DNA from: Amphiscolops sp. MND2022
Taxonomy: Eukaryota
Reading direction: 5' to 3'
NCBI GenBank assembly: GCA_964187785.1
Contig: OZ076409.1
Span: forward strand, 15,626,001 to 15,690,000
Length of the DNA: 64,000 nucleotides
Made by a program: the position numbers and the translations under genes. Positions 48,036-59,264 of this stretch are shown piece by piece. A model generated the notes under the pieces. It ran no database searches. It had not been told where the DNA came from and saw only the letters and a program-made list of their open reading frames with translations. Every line of letters begins with the position of its first letter. Positions within the stretch are counted from its first letter, which is position 1.

Positions 48036-48625
48036 AAGGATCAGTTTGTGGAATAAAGATCTTGTAATTTGAATTAGATTCATTACAAATCCTGTAACTA
48101 CTCCCATTTTTATCTTCCGATCTATTTATTAATAAATAATTGAATTTTTCGTTCCATGCTTCACTGCACAAACGTTTGAATTCCCCATAAGAAATATCAA
48201 AACCTGCTATGTCCCTATGAATGTGTTCTACATCTTTTAGTGTTTGTTGAAATAAAATTATTATATTCGAATTGTTTCTAACTGTCTTTTTTGGTGCATC
48301 AAAATTACCCTGACATAAATAATAAACATCACACAACTTGTGTCTTCCTCTTGTAAAAAATGGATCAATCAATTTCTGGTTGGAGTGTAACATATCATCA
48401 AATACTACACAACACCCCCTATACTCTTCCAAATCCCCCACATTTTCTTCCACTTCTATTCCTGGCGAAGCTCCACCAATATCAATTTCCTCATATTGTT
48501 CCGGACTCCTCGTAATGATACGAATCTGTTTCTCAGGATCTTCCAAACGAATAAATCGTAATTTATTCAACAACAAATGAGTCCTACCACAAATTGATGG
48601 ACCAACTATTAATGTTCTATTACAC
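48025..48625 (-). CDS. A32/FtsK-like packaging ATPase 1
   Basis: NRTLIVGPSICGRT (Walker A, K changed to R) just upstream of the tracked ORF, VVFDD (Walker B), FFTRGRH, YYLCQ, VRNN. Confidence 0.85.
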
Positions 48626-49052
48626 TTATTATCATTATCATTATTATTTCTATTGTTGTGGGAACCTGCGTGGGAACCAGCACGGGAAGCAAGTCACCAT
48701 CAGTATGAGCAGGAACCTGCGCGAAACTACGCGAATAGCCTTGCGAATAGCCCTGCGAATACCCCTGTGTGTGAACCCGTGCGAAGCTATGCGAATAGCC
48801 CTGCGGATACAAGTGTTGTTTCTTAATGTGGGATCTTAAATAACTGTTATTTAATTCCTTATTACAAAATTCACAACTTACCTTTTTATTAAAACATTCT
48901 TTACAAGTACTGTACGTTTTACCATTTTTGTATGAATAGAAGTCCATCTTCATCTCATTACAAACTTTACATCTTTTTTTACTAGAGCAATCATCACACA
49001 CATTACTCTCACTACATTCATTACAGATTAAACATCTTGTTATCGTACTCAT
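48609..49052 (-). CDS. Cys-rich zinc-finger protein or domain, probably the N-terminus of ATPase 1
   Basis: CLIC, CDDC, CKVC, CKEC, and C2H2 CEFC...HIKKQH, then QGYS repeats. Confidence 0.7.
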   Translation of the reverse strand: MSTITRCLICNECSESNVCDDCSSKKRCKVCNEMKMDFYSYKNGKTYSTCKECFNKKVSCEFCNKELNNSYLRSHIKKQHLYPQGYSHSFARVHTQGYSQGYSQGYSRSFAQVPAHTDGDLLPVLVPTQVPTTIEIIMIMIISVIEH

Positions 49053-49317
49053 TTATTCAGTAAAAAATCACTAATAATCACCAATAATCACTCAGTATCA
49101 CTATGTAATCACTATGTTGAATCACTATGTATTCACTATACAATCACTAAGAGCATTTATTTTTTTAAGATTGAAGAGTATAGTGAAATTTAGAGAAAAT
49201 AAATGCTCTTAGTAATGCTTTGTGATTGTTTAGTGTTTCTATAATCACTAATTACTCAGATCTCTAAGAATCACTAAACAATCACTAATTACTCTAAGAA
49301 ATCACTATGGTTTCACT

Positions 49318-50277
49318 AAACATTATTTAGCTTATTTTTAGTAAAACTTTTTGCATGATCATATATACTTTTCTTAAAGTCCTCTTTAATTGAATTACTA
49401 ATTAGTGGTTGTTGCATACGCTCAACGTTGTTGTCTATTTTGGATTAATTCACGTTTATTTTCTTTTGTTTACAATAATATACATATTAAAAAGCTATGT
49501 TGTACGGTGTTATTTCAATTGTCTGGTCAGACATCTCCTCTAAAAATACCTTGAGTTTGTTGTATTCCTCACCAGTGAAAAAGTAACTTTCATAAGCAAC
49601 ATAATCTTCAGGGCCACACTTATGCTGTTTGCTAGAATCATAAATTAAATTGTATTTGTTGTTTAGTGTTTTGTACTTCTGACTCCTAGTGTCAAATTCA
49701 ATAATACCAAATTCTAACTGATCTCGGTATTGTTTCCACCTGTTAAGAATACTAGCATCCTTGATTGAATAGGTTTGTATTATGGTTTCAAAAAACTATC
49801 TGGGTTATTAATTGTTATGTAAATTTGAAACAATTCTCTCTTACAACAGGGAGAACATCCTTTTCATAGTGAGCAAGGTATATCACTTGAATTCCATGAT
49901 GTCTACCAAACCTAAATAAATCCTCTACTTTTGTTTTAAGACTTTTGTATGCACCTGCATCAAGCAGTATAACCGTTTTATTAGCAAGTGATTCAATGCC
50001 TATTGTTTCTAACTGCAACAAGGGTATAAAGTTGGAAGCAGGAAACTCTTTTTTATCTCGTCCAAATACTATGTAACTTCGTCTGCGAAGCTCTGCAATC
50101 TGTGACAAATAATGCTTTAGGAAAGATGTCTTCCCTGACGCACTACTTCCATAAATTAACATATGACAGTTTGTATTACTGACTGGTTGAGTTAGCGCTT
50201 CACCTTCTTGGTTTGCAAGATGAGAGTATTTGAACCCTTCAAATTGTAATAGTTTTCTATATATTTTTTTGTACCAT
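49318..50277 (-). pseudogene. A32/FtsK-like packaging ATPase 2, frameshifted
   Basis: HMLIYGSSASGKT (Walker A), VILLDAG (Walker B remnant), LFRFGRH, VIYLAHY, VREN; continues after a shift to ~49318. Confidence 0.82.
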
Positions 50278-50499
50278 TTAGGGCGAAAATAACGCCAGTA
50301 TACTATGAAGATAATAACAAGTATTATTATAAAATAAAAATAAACATTGCGTAGCTTCGCGGATTAATTTTCCGTAACCAACTGGCACGTTCGGTAGTGC
50401 GCCAGCTTTCGCCTTTGGACACCTTTGTGTCTTCCACCGAATTCTTGCGAGAACATCTGTGATAATCATCATTCATTTGTTCAGAAAAAAATTGTTAAA

Positions 50500-51383
50500 A
50501 ACGAATCGAAATAAGAAAGAAATCGCTAAAGCAATCACTAAAGAAATATTCTCTCTTTTGTAATCAAAAAGTTTCAAAGAATTCAAATACAAACTCACTA
50601 CAAAGATGAGTGTTGGAGTATTGATTTAATTGACCGCTCAAGTTTAAGCAAATACAACAAAAACTACAAGTTTATATTCACAAAAATTGACAATCATACT
50701 AAACATGCATGGGCGATTCCTCTTGAAGATAAGTCCGGAAAAATACAACAACTGCATTCAAGAATTCATTGGAAACTAGTGAAAGAAAACCACAAAAAGT
50801 GTGGAGTGAAAGAGGTAAAGAGTTTTACAACCAGACTTTTTTACACTACTTAAACGAGCAAAACATTCAAATTTATTCAACCTTTTCAGATTTGAAGGCT
50901 GTTTTTGTTGAACGCTTCAATAGAACACTTCTGAACTTAATCAAAGAACCAATGTTCATTGAGGGTAAAGGTAACTGGTTGAATCACATTAATATTGCTC
51001 TGAAAAAATATAATAATCGTGTCCATGGCACAACAAAAATGACACTTTTTGAAATGAGTTTTAATGAACCAATACCGCGAAGCTACACCAATCTGATACC
51101 CAATAATTATAATAAAATACCTAATATCCAAGTGGAGGATTTTGTAAGAGTTCCTGACAAACGCAATGTGTATAGTAAAGGTTATACAACAAATTGTAAT
51201 AGAGAACTTTTCAAAATGCACAAAATTATTTCAACGAATCCTGTAACATACACTTTGGAAGATGAAAACAAAGAAATTATTCAAGGAAAATACTATGAAC
51301 AAGAACTTTTAAGAAGTATATTCAACTTTGACTTCAACAACAAAACGTTAGAAAGTATGAATATTTTCCACAAATTGGAGTAA
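50500..51383 (+). pseudogene. Polinton retroviral-like (rve) integrase, frameshifted
   Basis: WSIDLID...IDNHTKHAWAIPL, KVWSERGKEFYN, KAVFVERFNRTL, YNNRVH, SKGYT, YYEQEL. Confidence 0.92.
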
Positions 51384-51418
51384 GTTTCCAACAATTTTCA
51401 CATAATATTTTATTATCA

Positions 51419-52686
51419 ATGAATTCTATAATTTCAGAATCAGTGGATACCCCAATGTTTTCTTTAAAAAGTAAATACTTACTCGAAAAACCTATTCATA
51501 AATATGATTTTATAAAGTACTCACCGAGTAGTTTGGCGACAATCAAACAAAATAATTCAAATTTTTCATTCAGCTTATCAAGAAAAGATGCATACATATG
51601 TTTACAAAACTCATATATAAGTTTAGAATTTGAAGTACTTAAAAACGATGATACAAGATTCAATGACGATGATGAAATAAGCTTGGTTAACTTTGGGCCC
51701 ATTGCTCTATTTAGTGAAGCTAAACTGACAACATCTAGTGGAAAACACCTAGAAAAAGTTGACAATTTGCATCCATATTGTTTAATGTATAAACTTCTGA
51801 CAAGTAGTCAACAAACTTCCCAGTTGATGTATGGGTTTGAAGAAAGTACTACTATCAGAAGACAAGAACTAACAAACAATGAGACAGAGAAAGAAACCTT
51901 TTTTGTGAGAAAAAAACTGAAAGACTTGTTTGGATTTGCGGATCAAGAAAAAATAACTTATGGATTGGGGTACACTCTTACTTTAAAACGGAACACTAAC
52001 AATGATGTTGTCTTTCGTACCAACGGTGTGAATGCTGCAAAAGTAGTTGTAAAAGACATAAGTTGGTATATTCCACACTACGTTCCGAGCTTAGAAAACC
52101 AACAACTTGTCATGGACCAAATTCTAAATAAAGACCCAACCGAGTTGAATTACACTGAACGTACCGTTTTTAGAAAAGATGTTAACACCAATAACGATTG
52201 GACATTTGAATTAGGTAATAGTGGTGGCGAAGCTGCACAACCAACACCAACTTTTGTGATTGTTGGAATCCAAGCTAGAAATAAAATTGATTCACAAACA
52301 CACGATAAGTCAACATTTGATAGATTTTCGGTTAGTAAGGCTGTTTGTAAAATAGGATCAGAAAAATATCCCGATGATGGAATAGACTGTGACTACGACA
52401 AATATGATCAAGCATACAGGAAAATTGAAAACTTTTATCACTTAAAAAGTGAAACTAACCTACTCAACCCATTTATTGATTTGCACAAATTCAGAAGAAG
52501 TTATAAAACTTTTATGTATTTGATTTATCCAAACAAAAAGATCACATTGCGAGTCAACCAATCCGTTTAGAATTTCAATTTTATGCTGCTTTTGGTGTAG
52601 CGGATTGTATAGCTTATGCCTTGGTTCCAACCCCAAAGTTAATAAGTATTAGTAGTGATGGCAAAGGCATTTTTATTTGATATGAG
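51419..52686 (+). pseudogene. Polinton major capsid protein (double jelly-roll), frameshift near the 3' end
   Basis: Beta-rich ~420 aa; ALFSEAKL...GKHLE, ISWYIPHYVPS, PTFVIVG, then FYVFDLSKQ in the shifted frame; size and position fit MCP. Confidence 0.78.
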
Positions 52687-52728
52687 AGGAATGATGAATT
52701 ATAATAATGTTATAAAAATGTATCAGAT

Positions 52729-52975
52729 TATGATAATAAATGATGATAATAAATGATGATAATAAATGATGATTCAAGGGTGAATGATAACAAATGATGA
52801 TAATAAATGATGATAATAAATGATGATAATAAATGATGATAATAAATGATGATAATAAATGATGATAATAAATGATGATTCAAGGGTGAATGATAACAAA
52901 TGATGCTAATAAATGATGATAATAAATGATGATAATAAATGATGATAATAAATGATGATAATAAATGATAAATGA
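52729..52975. repeat. 13-bp minisatellite (AAATGATGATAAT)n
   Basis: Many tandem units with two TTCAAGGGTG interruptions, between the convergent MCP and PolB genes. Confidence 0.92.
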
Positions 52976-53034
52976 TAGAGTACAATTAGCTTCGCGTAGC
53001 TTCGCGCAATCATAAAAGATGTTTGTCACGCCAG

Positions 53035-56000
53035 TTATAACAACAAATGGGCCCGATCACTTATCAGATTTAAAAGATCTTGATGATTCAATTTTTCTTT
53101 CAGAGTCCAAATGTTATAGTATATTTCTTCATCCCAGAGGCTTGTGCCATCCCTTGTGCTCAAATCTTTATAATTCAAACCAATAAATTTCAAACAATAT
53201 ATACAAGGACAATCACCTTGCTGGGTGTGTTTGTCCCAAGATAAACTTTGTTTTGGATTTAAGTACACTTGCTTGTCATCAGAAGGATTCAAAGCTAGTT
53301 TGTTTTGTTTCTCCACACTTAGTTTGTGTAAATTAGATCTAATTGAATAATTTGTTGCACTTGTTGTTCGGACATAAACAAACAACGTGTGTAATCTTCA
53401 CATTCAGGGGCTTTTTGTATTCCTTTTTGTTTCGCTTTTTGAATACTATTATAACTAAAAAATACGACTTTGATCGTAAAGCTGTGAAGCTATCTAACAC
53501 CAAAACTGGACTTGTTTCAATTTTCATTTTTCCTATAACTTTTTTGTTGGTTGGGTTGTACAGTTGATGAGCATTGTCTAGTTCACTGAAATCAAATTCA
53601 TCTTCGTTTTAAAAACTTAATTAAATTTTCCAACTGACTGTCAAAACTAAGAACAAAAGAATCTGTATCCATGTAGTGATGTTGTACTTTATTTTGCCAA
53701 TGTGGTTCTAAAGTATTGTAATAAAATTCATACCTTAGTAACTTACCTAGTTATAAAACTGTAAAACCTAAAAAAAATTGGTTTATCAAAGACTGTTTTT
53801 TCTCTATCAAATTTGTACACACTAAACACACTGTACCAATCCACAATACCTTTGAAACCTAACTTGGATTGTCGTTTTATTATTTGCTGTATTTGAGAGT
53901 GATCAATGAATTCTAGATTGACACGGTCTCTTACATTTTCCATAGTCTTACCAAAGAAAGCATTATTCATTAATTTGTACAAGTCTTTTTCAATGTTTGT
54001 TTTTGCTTTGGTGCGTTTTTGGGTGTTATGATCAGTGTATTTTGCTAACCATGGACTTTGCTTGAAGCGGTAGATTGTGTTAATGTGTGTTACTTTCATC
54101 CCCATTTTAGTGTAAAACTTGAACATCCTGTAGTGTATCATATATTTTTGTTTGTTTGTTAGGCCACACACAAGTTTCTGTGTTGGTTTGTAATTGTGCT
54201 GTTTTACACTATTCATATAATCTGAGAAACACTCTGGATCTGCTTTGGTTTGATGAGGACAAAGTGGAAAGTTTTCGGTTTTTTCTTTAATTTCAGATAG
54301 AAATTCTAAATCACATTCTATGAAGAATCCATATGGGTTGTTGTCTGGAATAAATCTAAAATCTTCTACTAGTTGTTCTAGTTCATACTCTTCTGGAAAA
54401 TATAGTTTTTCAAATGTGCCTGTAGGAAGGTGTTGACTCATTGCCCATCCATAAAGATTATTAGCGTCGATGTACAAGATTTGTTTATTTTCGTTTGATT
54501 CAACAAATCGATCACCCATGACACTTGAAATTCCTCCACGTATATTATTTTCCAATAACAGTAACAAGTGTTTATCTTTTATAAAGTCTAATTTTATTTT
54601 AGTCAACTTCAATCCTGCTTTCCATGTATACCCAGGAGCTGAGAAGGAGTACAATGGATTGATGCCATACTCTTCAGTGGATGTTTGCACAAAGTTCTCA
54701 AAGATATCAGTTAGTTGAAGGACATCCATTTTTAAGTATAACATAGTAAGTTGTTGAGGTGTTGTAATGTTGTATTTGTCAATTATTTGTTGGGTTCTTT
54801 TGATATCATCATCATACGGGTAAGATTGTGTTAATGTTGACCAATAGTCTTCTTTTGTTAGATTTAAATGTTCTTGGAAATTATTAGGACTGAATTTCTC
54901 ATATGGGTAGGCTAACTTCTTCCTAAACAAAACATCAATTAAACCCTCACTATTCATATACTTAAGAGTATCCAGAGATGCTATAAGTTTTTGTAGACTA
55001 GAAGAAAGAAATCGGTTTGAATCTAAAAATCTCAAACAACCTACTTGGACTGATACATAGTTTTCCATTGATTTTGGTATTATCGTCAGATTATAATTTT
55101 GATTGAATTATTCGGTTAGCAGTTGTTCAAAAATTAAATGCAATCATATCCAGAAAAGTTGTGGAAAAATATGGGAACAAATGAACTTCACTTTTTTACA
55201 ATTTAAATTACACCTGTTGTGAGCTGCTCCTCGGTACTTGCCTGTAAGATGATCGTAATCTCGAACTGTATCCTCACCGAGTGGATTTTCGCAATGCCAG
55301 CATATGGTAGATTGTTGAAAAGATTCTTTTTCTTCGGGGGTCATTTCAAGAGGAATATTAGTTTCGAAATATTCCGATGTAATTTTTTCTAACGTCAACA
55401 TTTCATTTACAAACTATGTTACGGCGCTTTGCGTAGCTTCGCGTTGGCCTTCGGTGCCTTCGGCAGTGCGATCTACTCCAAAGTATGAGTAGTACTCTTT
55501 CCCAAACGGTGAAATTAGATAAAAGCCTACTGCAATTGGAATTTGTTTAAATAAAACTTTGGGCGCGATAGCTACCGCAGCTTCGCGGTCACCTTTGGGC
55601 GCAGCTTCGTGGTCATCTGTTGGTTGATTAATACATTCAAAATCTGCATATACTCTCATTGGTGCAAGAACTTTCATATGATAATCTTCGAACTTAAAAT
55701 GATCCTTCCTGCTGAATGTGATTTTAGTTGGTTGTTGTTTTTCACAACAGTCAATGTGTTGATTGAGAATATCCTCAGAACTAAATGCAGTTAGACATCT
55801 TCTACACACCCATATCATGTGTGAACTTTTATTTATTAGACAGTGCCATTTTGTTATTAGGCAATAATGATTTTCAAATGGTAGCAAGTCAATTTGTGGT
55901 TCTAAGTAATTTTTCTTAATATGAATTGGTGCTGAAACTGTTCCGATGAGTTCAAAAACATTTACGTTTCAATTTTTTAAGGTTTCGAACTTGGGAATGT

Positions 56001-56919
56001 CTTTAACTTTCATAGGGAATTCTAATCCTTTCAGTTCGAGTTTGTTCATATGCAGTGAATAACTTGATGTTCTATTTTTATGATCCTCAACGGGACAAAG
56101 ATGTGCTAGGATGCACCATAGAAAACAATATTGATCATCATTTTTTATATTTATAATTGATTTAATATTCTTATATTTTTCTGGCAACTCAATGTGTGAA
56201 GAAGCTTGAATATCATTGACTTTATATATTTTTAATATAACATTGACAATACCGTTTAACACGAAACCTCATCCTTCTAATTGTTCATCATCTAATTTCT
56301 GCATTAATGTGTTGTGAATTGTATGATTTGTGCCGGAGGTGCTTTGCATGTGATTATAATTAAAATCTGAATCAACCCATTTGTGAAATACATTTTCTTC
56401 TCAATTAACTATTTTTGAAAACTTAGCTAAATAACTCAATTGATATTTATATCGGGGAAAGTAATTTTTATCTAGTAGTTCATTTATGTGATGTTCGAGA
56501 TTTTGTGTGTTAGTTGGATTTACTCTCAGTTTAATGTATGTTTTTTCATTCACAATTATTTTTACTCCATGCGATGCCAGTGAAGCTGTATTACCGAAGG
56601 CATTTTCTTGACTAATTTGCGTAGCTTCGCGATAGCTTTCGCGGTTGTTTTGACTTCTTAACGTGTGATTTTCACTTTGGAAATGTCTTGTTTTATCACT
56701 AATGTATTTACCACAATCATCACACCAAACTTTCTGCTGTTTAGTTTTGTTCTTGTGTTGGTCTGAACTTAAATGATTTGACTTGTCTGATAGGGGCATA
56801 AATTTATTACTTTTTTAACAATAATATTGATTTAATTTTTCTGAATGTTTTACTGATTTTAGTTGATCAGACTTGAAAGCTTTCTTATATTCAGAATTAC
56901 AGAGACTACAGTTCTCCAT
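53035..56919 (-). pseudogene. protein-primed family B DNA polymerase with N-terminal zinc fingers and an endonuclease-VII-like insert, fragmented
   Basis: YADFEC, DYDHLTGKYRGAAHNRCN, RFLDS, YIDANNLYGWAMSQ, KLMNNAFFGKT, HYMDTDS (~53660-53680); N-terminal CDDC...H fingers. Confidence 0.95.
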
Positions 56920-57036
56920 TTATTTGTAATAAATTTACGAATTTAATAGCAGTATATGTTTCAAAAGTATAAGTTCAATTATTGAGTGGTAATTTTTATT
57001 TTATTTTTCATGTTAAAATTGAATAAATTAATTCAT

Positions 57037-57486
57037 CTATAGAAATTCATCTATGTGTTTATCTTTTAAGCTAGTGGTAAATAATTGTCTAAAGTCATCA
57101 AGTGTTTTCTGAACAATATTGTACTTAAATTTATAATTTTGCTCCTTTTTCTTCAAATAACTGGAACAACTTCTAACAAGAATACCAGTTGCACAACCAA
57201 CTCCTGCAGTGATTGGAACAACTATAATGCCCACACCAGTAATACTTAGTGTAACGGATGCGGAAGTTGTTCCTATTATTATAGCACCATCTGTTGAGTT
57301 AATAATGTTATTTATTAGTTTGTATTTGGTGTATTTTTTCCTATATTTATTTTCTTCCAATTCATAATATTTCATCATTAGACTAATGTTTTGAATAGAA
57401 TTATTGAAACTAGATACTTTTTGTAATTCGCTTTGCAATCGCCTATTTATCATTGATTTTACATCATATGGTGCAGAGGGGGTCAT
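57037..57486 (-). CDS. Polinton protein with coiled coil and hydrophobic hairpin, function unknown
   Basis: PSAP at the N-terminus, Gly/Ala/Ile/Val-rich stretch AIIIGTTSASVTLSITGVGIIVVPITAGVGCATGILV between basic helices. Confidence 0.65.
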   Translation of the reverse strand: MTPSAPYDVKSMINRRLQSELQKVSSFNNSIQNISLMMKYYELEENKYRKKYTKYKLINNIINSTDGAIIIGTTSASVTLSITGVGIIVVPITAGVGCATGILVRSCSSYLKKKEQNYKFKYNIVQKTLDDFRQLFTTSLKDKHIDEFL

Positions 57487-57514
57487 TGAGGGATAGAGTT
57501 TTTGTTCCTTTTAT

Positions 57515-58231
57515 TAATCATATGAAATGAAATTTATTTCCGTTGGGGTTAATTTCATTCTGTGTTTCATATCAACAAGGTCTTTATAGGACTCTTTTTT
57601 CAATGACTCCACAATTGATTGTCTGGTAGAATATTCTAAATCAGACAGATGATATTCATCTTCTGAAGTAGGTATTGTTTTTCCATACTTTTCCTTTAAA
57701 TAGATTTCACTGAAAATTAGATAATTTGCAAAAACTTGATCTTTATTGGGAAAAGAATCGAATAAACTTTTGTCATAAAGCAGTTGAATTATGTTGTTAG
57801 CTATAGTAATTTTGTTTTGATCAGGCTATAAAGAGTATTATTCATTTCATTTTCACTTAAAATCATTCCAGCTTGACCTGGAGTTGACATAAACTTTAAG
57901 TTACGGTTGTTAACATTTCAAAACTATGGTTGTGTAAAAAATTTAGTACTTCTTTTACTAAAGCAGTTCCTTGTTCGGCGAAAATTTTTTTCATATTTTG
58001 TTCTAACTTATTTGTGGTTTTTGAAAGGTCTGAAAACTGGGAATATAAATCATTGAATAACTTTGCGTTTAATAAAACATTTTGAATTTCCTGTGGGTCT
58101 AGTATTTGGTCTAGCATTTTTTCTTCTATTAATTTCTCTTGATTTTCTATGTCATTTTCAAAATCACGTTGCAAATCTTCTTTTAATTCGGAATGGGTTA
58201 ATTGGGCTATTTTTTCTTGACTTTTTATCAT
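57515..58231 (-). pseudogene. Polinton hypothetical ORFs next to the right TIR
   Basis: Helical 111-aa ORF 57896-58231 and a frameshifted ORF starting MSTPGQAG at 57890. Confidence 0.45.
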
Positions 58232-58348
58232 ATCTTTCAGCTCCTGAAATTCTCTCAGTTTTAGCTGTTCACTAAAATAACCAAACTTATGAAGAGACGG
58301 AGTTTCATACAGTTATCAAGATGAAAAACTTAAAAGGGTGTCGAGAAA

Positions 58349-59042
58349 ATCATTTCTCGTTGAGGTATTAGGCAACTTATCTTAACGCAAAAGCTTAACG
58401 CGAAAGCTTAACGCAAAAGCTTAACGCGGCTTCCGTTGACCGACACTATATTCCATGTGCTACAGACGTCCACCGCTCGCAAATTAACTACACAGGATTT
58501 TACCTCGCATTGGTTAATTCACTAAAGAGCTCCAGTTTATGTAACACACAATCTTTTCCCCTCCCGAAAGTGTGTCCTGGTAAAGCTCACGTTACTATTG
58601 CCAATACTGCTCGAAAGCGGAGGAAAGGATGACAAATCCTTTTAAGCAATGAGTAACTTTTCAGTAAAAATAATATACTATCTTCCTTATATACCCCCCT
58701 CCACTAATGGCTAAATTAAAATATGCTTTGTCGCGGACTCGAACACGTGTGAAGCTGCGCGAACGTAAAATTCTAGTGGTCTAACCACTGAGCCATTGGA
58801 ACTAAATTTATGTCCACGCCAGTTGTTTATATTACATTGCTTTTACATTGCATTGGTAAAAACACCATATTGTTGATTTGTTTTTGGAAAAATGCCTCTA
58901 AAGGGGGGGGGGGTTGGGGTTTTTGAAATGTTTTGTTGCTTGGCCCGACTCGGCCTAATTTTAATGATTTGTTTGAATTTTGTTGGTTGGGCCTCTAAAG
59001 GGGGGTATTGGTTCTTTTGAAATTTTTTGGTCGCTAACTACT
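58349..59042 (-). repeat. Polinton right TIR
   Basis: Reverse complement of the left TIR. Confidence 0.93.
58718..58803 (-). ncRNA. putative tRNA-like Pol III unit in right TIR
   Basis: Mirror copy: A box 58795-58785, B box 58744-58735. Confidence 0.45.
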
Positions 59043-59264
59043 CAAATACGATTTTGAAGACGCAAACTTTTGAGCATTCTGTTTTGTTTGTTCACCTAGT
59101 TCACAACCTTCCAGTCATGGCTAAAAGTAGTTCTTCGAAATGTTTACGCTTTGACCTCAAGGCAACAAAGGGTCATAGGTTAGACATCAATACATGAACA
59201 ACTACTCGCACCCTTAAAGGAAAATTAAGACATATACATTTCCTTCCATTGGCACTTTGATAAA

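Larger units (their letters stand above)
44918..59042. mobile_element. Polinton/Maverick (adintovirus-like endogenous virus), full-length ~14.1 kb, genes decayed
   Basis: Termini AGTAGTTAGCGA...TCGCTAACTACT; 6-bp TSD CAAATA (44912-44917, 59043-59048); ~700-bp TIRs; pPolB, rve integrase, packaging ATPases, adenain protease, capsid genes. Confidence 0.96.

Noticed and set aside
52728..52985. His/Ile-rich ORF and possible CRISPR-like array
   Set aside because: Translation of a 13-bp minisatellite; no unique spacers and no cas genes.
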